Assembly: GCA_021789895.1 (NCBI GenBank)
Contig: JAJYIU010000021.1
Span: 30 to 64,029, forward strand
Direction of reading: 5' to 3'
Origin: Acidobacteriota bacterium
Lineage (GTDB): Bacteria > Acidobacteriota > Terriglobia > Terriglobales > SCQP01
DNA length: 64,000 nt
Shown here one piece after another: positions 36,683 through 45,693 of this stretch. Position 1 is the stretch's first letter. The number at the start of each line of letters is the position of its first letter. Under the pieces are notes generated by a model. It ran no database searches, was not told where the DNA came from, and saw only the letters and a program-made list of their open reading frames with translations. A program made the position numbers and the translations under genes.

Positions 36683-37156
36683 ATGCTGCGTCGTTTCTAC
36701 CGTTCTGCCGCTGTGGCCGGCGCCGCCGCCTTGCTGCTGGCGCTGGCGTCCGGCTGCAGTTCTTCGATCCCCTCGTACACGCTGCCGGTGGTGAAGGCGC
36801 AATCGGGCGATTCCAACTCCAGCCTGCAAGGGGCCTACGCCTTCCGTTTTCAGGGCTTTGAAAGCGGCGATCAGCACATTGTCGCCAACGGCCTGCTGAC
36901 CTTCGACGGCAATGGCAACATCACCGGCGGCTCGGAACAGCGCACCGAAGACGGGATCGAGTTTCAGTTTTCGCTTTCCGGCACCTATGCCGTCAACAGC
37001 GACGGCACCGGCACGTTGAGCATCACCTTCGCGCCGAACAGCGTGGACACCTGGAACATGGTGCTGGCCGATGCGGGCAAGCGGGCGGAAATCGTCTCCA
37101 TCGAGCCGAACAATTTTATCGGCGGGGCGCTATCGGGCGAGTTGATCAAGCAATAA
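36683..37156 (+). CDS. Hypothetical lipoprotein
   Basis: MLRRFYRSAAVAGAAALLLALASGCSS (lipobox LASGC). AAGGAAG lies upstream of the ATG at 36683. Confidence 0.65.
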   Translation: MLRRFYRSAAVAGAAALLLALASGCSSSIPSYTLPVVKAQSGDSNSSLQGAYAFRFQGFESGDQHIVANGLLTFDGNGNITGGSEQRTEDGIEFQFSLSGTYAVNSDGTGTLSITFAPNSVDTWNMVLADAGKRAEIVSIEPNNFIGGALSGELIKQ

Positions 37157-37197
37157 GCGGCCGGGATCATACCAATAACTCTTCATCCAGTCACCCC

Positions 37198-37225
37198 TTG
37201 AACTCACTATTTTTTATGTTATGAT
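37198..37225 (+). promoter_or_regulatory. Candidate sigma-70-type promoter
   Basis: TTGAAC-N16-TATGAT in a locally AT-rich spacer, about 30 nt upstream of the ATG at 37256. Confidence 0.4.
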
Positions 37226-37255
37226 CCTACGATTGGCGCAGCCCAAGGCCAGTTT

Positions 37256-37801
37256 ATGGTGATTTCGCGCATGTCTACTGCGATGCAAGGCCCCTATTCG
37301 CATTGGCGTTTCCGGCGCCGCGGCGCGTTGGGGCTGCTACTGGCGCTGACCAGCCTGTCCGGCTGCGCGCCCTACTATGCCCGGCCGCGCTATCGCCCGG
37401 CGCCGTGCAGCACACCGGTGGCGCCGATCCGCAATACACAGATCGTGCTGGTGCTGGTTTTCAAATACACCTATCAGCCGGATAAAGACAACACGCTCTG
37501 GCACCGGCAAATCATCATGAACCGCCTGAACGAGCTGGGGCGGCCCGATGGCAACAGTTTCGTGGAAGCGAACGGACAAGCGATCAACTTCCACCTGTAC
37601 GTCAACCAGAGCACCACCCTGGACCGGTACCATTTTGACGGCAACGCCGCGCTATACGGCTGGGGCCAGGGCTACATCACCACCCAATACATCAACGCCG
37701 CCTATACCGACCCGGGGCAGCTTTCGCGCGATCTGGCCGATAAGATCTATACCTTCATCCACGAAGGCTGGCACGACTCCCGGCCGCAGTGCCCGCATTA
37801 G
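37256..37801 (+). CDS. Hypothetical lipoprotein
   Basis: Signal peptide with lipobox (LLLALTSLSGC). The mature part is not low-complexity, and I recognise no family. Confidence 0.6.
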   Translation: MVISRMSTAMQGPYSHWRFRRRGALGLLLALTSLSGCAPYYARPRYRPAPCSTPVAPIRNTQIVLVLVFKYTYQPDKDNTLWHRQIIMNRLNELGRPDGNSFVEANGQAINFHLYVNQSTTLDRYHFDGNAALYGWGQGYITTQYINAAYTDPGQLSRDLADKIYTFIHEGWHDSRPQCPH

Positions 37802-38082
37802 GGAGAGCGAAGAAGTCGGTGCCGCCTGGGCCGCATTCGAAAAATTAAAACTAACGGCGATCAATCCCGGCCGGGCGAGCGGCATCGGGCGGGGTCTGGG
37901 ATTTCCCTGAGGAATTTTCAGAGTTTTCCCTACATATTTTTTCAAAGCATGCATTTACATTGTTGCTGATCAGCCGGTTTTCCGGGTCAAGCGCCACGGG
38001 CTGGAATACCGCGAACATGGGAGCAGGGGTCGTTCTGTGTTTAAAGTCGGCGCTTGCAATTTGCCCCCCCCGGGAAGCTGTA

Positions 38083-38466
38083 ATGAAACAACTGGTTTTA
38101 GTGGTAGATGATGAACGTTTTTTCCGCAAACTGGTGATGCGCATCCTGGCAGAGAAATACGAAGTCTATGAAGCGATCAATGGGTATGATGCGATCGAGC
38201 AGGTGCGGCGTTTGCATCCCGATCTGGTGATCATGGACCTGGCCATGCCGGAGTGCAACGGGTTGGAGGCGATCCGGCGGCTGCGGGAAGAATCGCCGGC
38301 GTGCAAGATCGTGGCCTGCACGGTGCATAGCGATCCCCAATACCGGGTAGCGGCGCTGGAGAGCGGCGCCCAGGCCTTTTTACCCAAGCGGCTGATCTTT
38401 TCACAGATAACTCCGCTGCTCAATTCGATGTTGAATTCCGGAAACCGGCCGCAATCGCGAGCCTAG
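38083..38466 (+). CDS. Stand-alone response regulator receiver protein (CheY-like)
   Basis: MKQLVLVVDDERFFRKLV...PDLVIMDLAMPECNG...AQAFLPK. The acidic pocket and acceptor Asp are intact. GGGAAG lies upstream of the ATG at 38083. Confidence 0.85.
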   Translation: MKQLVLVVDDERFFRKLVMRILAEKYEVYEAINGYDAIEQVRRLHPDLVIMDLAMPECNGLEAIRRLREESPACKIVACTVHSDPQYRVAALESGAQAFLPKRLIFSQITPLLNSMLNSGNRPQSRA

Positions 38467-38507
38467 CCGGCGATTGCAGCCGCTTGAAATCGCCGTGTAA
38501 ATCGGGG

Positions 38508-39710
38508 CTACTTAGCATCCGGACTATGGGCGCGGGCGGCTTGCGAAAGCGCGCCGGCGGAGAGCCAGCCGTCGTGCCGCCAAAGCAGGCGTCCGGAGGG
38601 GGAGCCGAGCGCGTACCAGGGCAGGTCGTTGACTTGATATGCATCGGCGAGGCCTCCGCTGGAATCGGCGACGAGGGGGATGCGCAGGCCGGCAGCGAGG
38701 GAGGCGAGCCGGCGGCGGGCGGCGGCGGGCGAAGGTTCCGCAGGAAGCACGTCCACGGCGACGGGCGAGGGCCAATGATGGAGCTTGGCCGACAAAGCGT
38801 AGTGGCCCAGGGCGGCCAGATGCCGGCGCAGCACCGCCGGCGAAGCCAGCCAGCCGGCAAAGAAAAGCACGAGATGCGGGTGGGCGTTGGCGAAGCTGAT
38901 GCGCCCCGGCGCAGGGGCGGCGCGCAACCGGTCATGAGCGGAGGTACGATCCGGCCGCGGTTCGATGATGGGATAGCTCAGCTTGGCGGCCGGCAGTGCG
39001 GCCGGCGGCGGCTCGGTGAGCGAGAGTGAAACGAGCGGCGGCTGGGCGGCGGCGAGCGCGGGAGGGCCGGGAAGGAGCGGCGCGATTGCCTTGGCCAGCG
39101 CCGCGCTATCGCTGCCGACGGCGGCATAGCGCATGGGCGTGCTGAAGACGGCGCGTTCGCGGCCATGCGGGCCGATGACATAGGTGACGGAGAAATGTTC
39201 CACGTCACCGCCGGGCGAGATGGCCACATACACGTGGTAGGCGCGCCAGACTTTTTTCAATTGCGCGGGCGAGCCGGTCAAAAAACGCCAGTGGCGGCGC
39301 AGGGCATGTATGCGGGAGTAGGCGGCCACGTCCGCGACCTGCAGACGCTGGAGGTTGACGTTGACGCCGAGCAGCTCGACCTTCTGGGCTGCGGCCGGGC
39401 CGAGCCGCTGCACGGCATCGAGCATGCTTTGGGTGGTCAGGGGGCAGAGCTGGCGGCAGATGGGGTCGAGGAATGTGAGCAGCACCACTTTGCCGCGGAA
39501 TTGGTCGAGGGAAGTCCGGCGTCCGCGCTGGTCGCGCAGGAGGAAATTGGGCGCCGGCGGGGCGGCGGGAGCGGGCGGCTGCAGAGGCGGCAGAAATTTT
39601 GCCAGCAGGAGAAAAGCGGCGGCCAGCGCGGCGGCGGCGAGGAGCGGCAGGCGCCATGACCAGGGCGATTGAAGGAAGGCGCGCGCGCGATGAAAGGGCG
39701 ATGAAGGCAT
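38508..39710 (-). CDS. SCO1/SenC family protein fused to a second thioredoxin-fold-like domain
   Basis: TM anchor, then FRGKVVLLTFLDPICRQLCP (CxxxC) and ...HFSVTYVIGPHG (conserved His) forming a SCO1 domain. The C-terminal approx. 170 aa (HLVLFFAGWLASP...IPLVADSSGGLADAYQVNDLPWYAL) is TlpA/redoxin-like but has no CxxC. Confidence 0.7.
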   Translation of the reverse strand: MPSSPFHRARAFLQSPWSWRLPLLAAAALAAAFLLLAKFLPPLQPPAPAAPPAPNFLLRDQRGRRTSLDQFRGKVVLLTFLDPICRQLCPLTTQSMLDAVQRLGPAAAQKVELLGVNVNLQRLQVADVAAYSRIHALRRHWRFLTGSPAQLKKVWRAYHVYVAISPGGDVEHFSVTYVIGPHGRERAVFSTPMRYAAVGSDSAALAKAIAPLLPGPPALAAAQPPLVSLSLTEPPPAALPAAKLSYPIIEPRPDRTSAHDRLRAAPAPGRISFANAHPHLVLFFAGWLASPAVLRRHLAALGHYALSAKLHHWPSPVAVDVLPAEPSPAAARRRLASLAAGLRIPLVADSSGGLADAYQVNDLPWYALGSPSGRLLWRHDGWLSAGALSQAARAHSPDAK

Positions 39711-39928
39711 GAAAACCGAATAACCTCTGCCATACATGATAGCGGCCGGCGGCACAGCTGCGATCCATGCACCGCGTGGATAACCGAAGTAGGCGCTGAC
39801 GCTATCGCAAGCATCCGGCCGCAACCGTATAGCTTGCGAAACGTGTGGATCGATCTGATCTCTTAAATTTTGCCGTTAAACCTGTCCGGTGCGGCAGGAA
39901 GACACCATCCTGAATTGAAAACCAAATT

Positions 39929-42697
39929 TCATTGTGCAGTTTCGGTGAAGGTGACGGTGGGGTGGCCGAGGGGGTAGGGGGCTTCGGCGGTGACGGTGAC
40001 GGCGCCGGGGGTGGCAGGCAATGTGAGTTTCACGCTGGCCGTGCCGTTGGCATCGGTCGTGACCAGCAGCATGGAACCGGGGGTTGAAGGCGCGACCGTG
40101 CCGGAAGGAGCGGCGAGGGTACCGGCACTGGCGGTAAACATCAAATCCTGGCCGGCGGCATTGGCGCCGCTCGAACCGGGCGCGACGGTAACGCTCAAGG
40201 TCAGGGTCGAGCCGGGCGCGGCGGTTTGTCCATTGCCGGTAGCGGAGAGGGTGGCGGCGGGATTGCCGGCTTCGACGATGCCGGCTTGGGTTTGGATTAT
40301 GCCGGCGGCATCTTTGCCGGTAACGGTGTAGTTGTAGAAGCCGGGCGTGGTCGAAGCGGGCACGCCGATGGAGAGGGCGCCATTCTGGCCGGCAGTGAGG
40401 GTTGGCTGGGTGATTGTAAAGGTGATACCGGAACTGGAATCGGCGGTGACGCCGGTCAATGTGACCGGGCCGGCGCCGGTGACCAGGGCGGGGTGAATGA
40501 CGGCGGTGGTTCCGGCTGAGACCATGATGGTGCCGGAGGCGGCGTAGGTGGTTGTGGCCGGGGCCAGGCTGGGGTTGAGCGCCCAATCGGCGGCGGGCAA
40601 GGCAGGCATGCTGCCGGAAATCACCAGCAGCGTGGCTGAATAAGGCGGAAACGTCTGGCTGGGGGAAAAGGCCGCGGGACTGGAAGCGGTGATCTGGTTG
40701 GGGTTGGCGGCGCTAATGCGATAGCTGGCGACCGAGGCAGCGGTGAAATTCTTCAACTCGAGCGAGGCCGTTAGGGCGTCATAGGGACTGTTGTTAATCA
40801 CCAGCAGAGTCATTTGGGTGCCGTCGGGGGAGACGGCGGCGAAGCTGGAGCAGAGATAAGGCTCGCCGGCGGAAGCGGCGCAGTTATTGGCGGCGGCGAC
40901 GGAGATGGAAGCGAAAGCGTGGTGTTGGCCGTCGTAGTTGCGGAACAGCTTCAAGGCCTCGTAGGAAGCGGTTTCTTTGCTGGGATCGGGAGCGGTCCAG
41001 CGGGCGGCGGCATAGTAATCGTACTGCCCCAGCAAGCCCCAGGCGGTGAGATCGCTGAGCGCGGTGGCGATGGAATCTTCGTTGACCAAGCCGGAGGAGA
41101 GGCCGAAGTTCCATTCCGAGACGCTGACGGGCAGGCCGGGCAGAATGCTGTTGGCCAGCGCCAGGGCGCGCACCAGCCGCGCCTGCACATGCGGCAGCGG
41201 CTGCATGGCGGTCACATCGGCGCCGCCAATCCAGGAATTGGCGTCGGCATAAGCGGTATCCCACCAATCGCGGGTAGCTGCGAGCGAGAGCGCGTCGAGT
41301 TGGAAGGCGCTGGCGCCGGAGGAAACGCTGGTTTCGGGATAGGCATGGAAATCGAAGACGTTCAATAACTGCAAGCCGACGATGCGATCTTCCCAGGCGA
41401 CATCATTCAGCCACCAGGGCCAGAAGTCGAGATTGCCGTGGGCCTGCTTATCACTAGTGCCGGCGGTCGAATTCCAATACACGCCCCAGCAGCAGGAAAC
41501 GGGGCCGAAGGTAATAGCGGCGGGGTCGGCCTGCTTGAGGGTGCGGGCGACATCCACGAAATCGTTGCTCAGCTCGCGGTAGGTGACGCCCTGGGGATGA
41601 ACGTCGCGATGGGTGCCGTTCCAGATGTCCGGCTCGTTATCGAGATCGTAGAAGTGGGGAGCCGAGCCGTAGGCGGGGGCCAGCGCCGCAGCCCATTGAC
41701 TGCGATAGACGGCGCCGGGAGGGTCGTTGGGCGAGGGCGAATCCAGCAGCGGCACATAGGCGTCGGCATAGGCGTTGCCGGAGACATAGACCGGGTTGGA
41801 CGGGGTGAAATAAGACGAAGTCTGGCCGTCGCAGGCGGGCTGGGTCAGTATGCCGTCGCCGATGTCGGAGTTCCAATAATCGGTAACGCAGGCGGTGTAC
41901 TTATATTTCGACTCGGAAAAGCTGTAGTACTGGCCGCCGCCCTTGGCCACCCAGCCGGCGGTCAGGCCGGAGGCGGGATCGGTGGTGATGAGCATCGGCA
42001 TGGTCATCAGCGGATCGGCGCCGGCGGCGACCACTTCTTGCGTAAAAACAAGTGAGTCGGTTCCGGTATTGGAGTTCCCGAGGCCGAGCGCCTGGAAGGG
42101 AGAATCCTGAAAAAACCAATCGTTATCGAGATTGCAATCGAAATTTTTCCAGTTATAGCCGGTGCTGTTATTTCCGCCCCAGCGGACGAAGGTGGTGCCG
42201 CTATCGTTGATATAGGCAGCGTTGGGCGGAAAGTTGACGCCATACACCAAAGGGCTGATGGGATGGCGGTTGGCGAGGGCGTCCACGGAAATTTGGACGC
42301 TGGCCGAGCCGACCGCGGACTGGACGGCGAGTGGGGTGGAGGCGGCGCCGGTGCCGACGGCATTGACCGCGGCCACCTGGTAATCGTAAATGAGGCCGCC
42401 AAGGATGGCGGTATCGGCATAAGAGTTGGACGAGGGGGTGGCGATGACGGTGTAGGGGCCGGCACTGGAGTCGGCGCGCGAAACCTGGTAGGAAGTTGCG
42501 CCGGCGGCGGCGGTCCAGGAGAGCGCGTTGGAGCCGGCCGTGGAGTTGGCGGCGAGGCCGACAACCTGCGACGGCACGGTGGGCGCAGGCGGCGGCGGGG
42601 GAACGCTCCCGCCGCCACCGCCGCAGGCGAAGCTGAAGCACAAGACGGGCAGGAGCCCGGCTAACTGCATTACGCGAGTAAGGAATGAGCGCGTCAT
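39929..42697 (-). CDS. Secreted glycoside hydrolase family 44-like protein with N-terminal FN3 and C-terminal Ig-like domains
   Basis: Signal peptide and FN3-like segment ([28 protein letters not shown]). [12 protein letters not shown] and [16 protein letters not shown] resemble GH44 blocks (GGNxxTGYNWxN). The C-terminal 250 aa are Thr/Ala/Gly-rich beta repeats. Confidence 0.65.
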   Translation of the reverse strand: MTRSFLTRVMQLAGLLPVLCFSFACGGGGGSVPPPPPAPTVPSQVVGLAANSTAGSNALSWTAAAGATSYQVSRADSSAGPYTVIATPSSNSYADTAILGGLIYDYQVAAVNAVGTGAASTPLAVQSAVGSASVQISVDALANRHPISPLVYGVNFPPNAAYINDSGTTFVRWGGNNSTGYNWKNFDCNLDNDWFFQDSPFQALGLGNSNTGTDSLVFTQEVVAAGADPLMTMPMLITTDPASGLTAGWVAKGGGQYYSFSESKYKYTACVTDYWNSDIGDGILTQPACDGQTSSYFTPSNPVYVSGNAYADAYVPLLDSPSPNDPPGAVYRSQWAAALAPAYGSAPHFYDLDNEPDIWNGTHRDVHPQGVTYRELSNDFVDVARTLKQADPAAITFGPVSCCWGVYWNSTAGTSDKQAHGNLDFWPWWLNDVAWEDRIVGLQLLNVFDFHAYPETSVSSGASAFQLDALSLAATRDWWDTAYADANSWIGGADVTAMQPLPHVQARLVRALALANSILPGLPVSVSEWNFGLSSGLVNEDSIATALSDLTAWGLLGQYDYYAAARWTAPDPSKETASYEALKLFRNYDGQHHAFASISVAAANNCAASAGEPYLCSSFAAVSPDGTQMTLLVINNSPYDALTASLELKNFTAASVASYRISAANPNQITASSPAAFSPSQTFPPYSATLLVISGSMPALPAADWALNPSLAPATTTYAASGTIMVSAGTTAVIHPALVTGAGPVTLTGVTADSSSGITFTITQPTLTAGQNGALSIGVPASTTPGFYNYTVTGKDAAGIIQTQAGIVEAGNPAATLSATGNGQTAAPGSTLTLSVTVAPGSSGANAAGQDLMFTASAGTLAAPSGTVAPSTPGSMLLVTTDANGTASVKLTLPATPGAVTVTAEAPYPLGHPTVTFTETAQ

Positions 42698-42902
42698 AGA
42701 GGTAATCCCGGATAGTCAGACGCCAGTTTCCATCGTTCCACGAACAGATTCAAGCCGTGAATTAACGACTGGCCGGGATCAGCCGGCAGCCGACAACCAT
42801 CGCCGCGCAACAGCGGCGGATTGCCGGGGCCGGGCGCAATCTCGGCGAAATGGGCCAAGGGCGTTGGGCAATGCTGACGCGGCATATTACAATGCGAAAG
42901 CG

Positions 42903-44429
42903 ATGGAGCAATACATAGCGGCGCTGGATCAGGGAACGTCGAGCACCCGCTGCCTGATTTTCGATCGCGGCGGGCGGGCGGTGGCGTGCGCGCAGCGGGA
43001 ACATCGGCAGTATTATCCGCGGCCCGGCTGGGTCGAGCACGACCCGATGGAGATCCTGGCTAACGCGCAGGCGGTGATGGCGGCGGCGCTGGGTGCGGCG
43101 CGACTGCGGCCGGAGGCGCTTGCCGCACTCGGAATCGCTAACCAGCGGGAGACCACGGTGGTGTGGGACGGCCGCAGCGGTCAGCCGCTGCATCCGGCAA
43201 TCGTGTGGCAAGACATGCGGGTGGAGCGCATGGTCGAGGAGTTGGGCGGCGAGGCGCGGCGCGACCGCTTTCGCGCGCGCACTGGGCTGCCGCTCTCGAC
43301 CTATTTTTCCGGGCTAAAGCTGCGCTGGCTGCTGGAAAACGTGGCCGGGCTGCGGGCGCGGGCGGAGGCGGGCGAGGCGCGGTTCGGCACAATCGATAGC
43401 TGGCTGGCGTGGAACCTGACCGGCGGCGCGGCCGGCGGGCGGCATGTCACCGACGTCACCAACGCCAGCCGCACGCAGTTGATGAATCTCGCCGGCTGCA
43501 CCTGGGACCCGGCCATGCTGGCGGAGTTGGAGATTCCCGCCGCGTGCCTGCCGGAAATACGGTCTTCGTCGGAGGTTTACGGCGAGGTCCGCGGGGCGCC
43601 GCTGCCCGGAGTCCGATTAGCGGGGATGCTGGGCGACCAGCAGGCGGCGCTGGTGGGCCAGGCCTGCTTCGCGCCCGGAGAGGCGAAAAACACCTATGGC
43701 ACCGGCTGTTTCCTGCTGCTGCACACCGGCACGCGGCCGGTGGCCTCCAACGCCGGGCTGCTGACCACGCCGGCTTACCAGTTCGGCGCGTCGCCGCCGT
43801 GCTACGCGCTGGAGGGCGCGATTGCGATAGCGGGCGCGCTGGTGCAGTGGCTGCGGGACAATCTGCAACTGATCCGGGAATCGGGCGAGATCGAGGCGCT
43901 GGCGCGCGCCGTGCCGGATAACGGCGGCGTGTTCATCGTGCCGGCGTTTTCAGGGCTGTATTCGCCTTACTGGAACGCCGGCGCGCGCGGACTGATTGCC
44001 GGACTGACGCGCTTTTCGCACCGCCATCACCTGGCCCGCGCCGCGCTCGAAGCCACTGCCTACCAGGTGCGGGACGTGCTGGAGGCGATGCAGCGCGACA
44101 GCGGCATCGCGCTCGACTGCCTCAAGGCGGACGGCGGGATGGTGGTGAACGAACTGCTGATGCAGTTCCAGTCGGACCTGCTGGGGAGGCGGGTGGTGCG
44201 CCCGCGGATGGCTGAGACTACGGCGCTCGGCGCCGCTTATGCCGCCGGCCTGGCGGTCGGCTACTGGCGTGATCCGGAAGAATTGCGCGCCCACTGGGAA
44301 ATCGAACGCGAATGGAAGCCGGTGATGGCGGAAGCGGAACGCGAGCGGCTGTACGCGGGTTGGAAAAAAGCGGTGGGAAGATCGCTGGATTGGAGCGAAG
44401 ACAGCCGGCCCATGGCGGCCAATGGCTGA
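42903..44429 (+). CDS. glpK: Glycerol kinase
   Basis: [21 protein letters not shown]...[11 protein letters not shown]...[10 protein letters not shown]...TYGTGCFLL is canonical GlpK. Start at the internal ATG at 42903 of ORF 42528..44429. Confidence 0.95.
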   Translation: MEQYIAALDQGTSSTRCLIFDRGGRAVACAQREHRQYYPRPGWVEHDPMEILANAQAVMAAALGAARLRPEALAALGIANQRETTVVWDGRSGQPLHPAIVWQDMRVERMVEELGGEARRDRFRARTGLPLSTYFSGLKLRWLLENVAGLRARAEAGEARFGTIDSWLAWNLTGGAAGGRHVTDVTNASRTQLMNLAGCTWDPAMLAELEIPAACLPEIRSSSEVYGEVRGAPLPGVRLAGMLGDQQAALVGQACFAPGEAKNTYGTGCFLLLHTGTRPVASNAGLLTTPAYQFGASPPCYALEGAIAIAGALVQWLRDNLQLIRESGEIEALARAVPDNGGVFIVPAFSGLYSPYWNAGARGLIAGLTRFSHRHHLARAALEATAYQVRDVLEAMQRDSGIALDCLKADGGMVVNELLMQFQSDLLGRRVVRPRMAETTALGAAYAAGLAVGYWRDPEELRAHWEIEREWKPVMAEAERERLYAGWKKAVGRSLDWSEDSRPMAANG

Positions 44430-44507
44430 AACCGGCTGCGTGGAGATGGCGCGAGGCAGGCGGTTTGCCAGCCAGAGAACGCCTAACCGGAAGCTAAGGA
44501 ACAAACG

Positions 44508-45356
44508 ATGCGGTCAGAGCGGCGGCAATTCACGGGCGAGTTGATATCCGAGGCGGTGGCGACCTTCATTATTTTGAGCCTGGGCGATTCGGCCGCGGCG
44601 ATGTACACCCTCTATCAGCCGAGCCCGTACCGGCATGCCTATTGGGGGCTGTGCATGACGTGGGGCATGGCGGTGGCGATGGCCATCTACATCACCGGTT
44701 CGATCAGCGGCACGCACGCCAATCCGGCGGTGACGCTGGCGTTGGCGCTCTACCGGAAATTCCCCTGGTCGAAGGTGGCCGGCTATATGGCGGCGCAGGT
44801 GGCGGGTGCATTTTGCGGCGCAGCCAGCGTGTACCTGCTGTTTTCTCCGGTCATTGACAAGGTAAACGCGCAGCAGCACCTGACCCGCGCCGGGGGCGGG
44901 GCGGCCGCCGTCTTTTTCACGCATCCCGGGCTGGCCATCACCCCGCTGCACGGCTTTGGCGACGAGATTTTTCTGACCGCGATTTTGATTTTCGGCATCT
45001 TCGCGATCACCGAGCAGTACAACGAGATTGCGCCGATGGCGAATACCAGCGCGCTGATCATCGGGCTGCTGGTGGCGGCGATCGGGGGCTCGATGGGCTA
45101 TCTCGAAGCCTGGGCGATCAATCCGGCGCGCGATTTGGGCCCGCGCGTGTTCTGCTTCTTCGCCGGCTGGGGCAGCGCGGCCTTTCCCGCGCCGGGCAAT
45201 TACTGGTGGGTGCCGATTGCGGGTCCGCTGCTAGGAGGCGTTTTCGGCGGGGCGGCCTACCAGGGGCTGATCCATCCTTACCTGCCGGCGCGGCGGCGGG
45301 CGCTGGCGCAGATGGCAGGCGAAGCGGCGGAGTGCAGAACGGCGGCGAGGGATTAA
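44508..45356 (+). CDS. glpF: Aquaglyceroporin (MIP family glycerol facilitator)
   Basis: Two NPA boxes (SGTHANPAVTLA and AINPARDLGPR) and six hydrophobic segments. Confidence 0.9.
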   Translation: MRSERRQFTGELISEAVATFIILSLGDSAAAMYTLYQPSPYRHAYWGLCMTWGMAVAMAIYITGSISGTHANPAVTLALALYRKFPWSKVAGYMAAQVAGAFCGAASVYLLFSPVIDKVNAQQHLTRAGGGAAAVFFTHPGLAITPLHGFGDEIFLTAILIFGIFAITEQYNEIAPMANTSALIIGLLVAAIGGSMGYLEAWAINPARDLGPRVFCFFAGWGSAAFPAPGNYWWVPIAGPLLGGVFGGAAYQGLIHPYLPARRRALAQMAGEAAECRTAARD

Positions 45357-45504
45357 AGAAAGCGCGGCTGTCGCAAAACGCGACAGCGCATCCCGAAAAC
45401 GGACACCCCGGAGGGTTGCAAAGGTTGTAAAAAGCTGATTTATCTAGGATTTAGCGCGTGTGCAAAGCATGCCGGAATGGCTGTCGAGGTGCAGAGTTCA
45501 GGGC

Positions 45505-45612
45505 ATGGCGCACAATCTCATCTACGTGATAGCCGGCGTTTTCGGTTCGATTGTCGCCGCGCTGGTGTGGGCGGCGCAGGCGATCCTGCTGCAGCATTTT
45601 GTGCAGGAATAA
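45505..45612 (+). CDS. Possible 35-aa small hydrophobic protein
   Basis: My own reading gives ATG..TAA encoding MAHNLIYVIAGVFGSIVAALVWAAQAILLQHFVQE, a single predicted TM helix. It is below the ORF-track length cut-off, and no clear Shine-Dalgarno was seen. Confidence 0.25.
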   Translation: MAHNLIYVIAGVFGSIVAALVWAAQAILLQHFVQE

Positions 45613-45693
45613 AGCAGCCGCCAGCCGGTTGAGATCAGCGGTAAGCGATCAGCCGTAAGCCATCAACTGCTGACCGCGGTTTCGCTTGAATTA

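Noticed and set aside
38048-38064. A sigma-54-like element (GGCGC...TTGC) upstream of the CheY-like gene.
   Set aside because: The GG-to-GC spacing is two nucleotides too long relative to the -24/-12 consensus.
45367-45387. The hairpin after glpF as a rho-independent terminator; likewise the GCCCCGG-CAAATA-CCGGGGC hairpin at 49035-49054.
   Set aside because: Both stems are short (7-8 bp) and lack a following U-tract on the relevant strand, so they are not confident enough to list as features.
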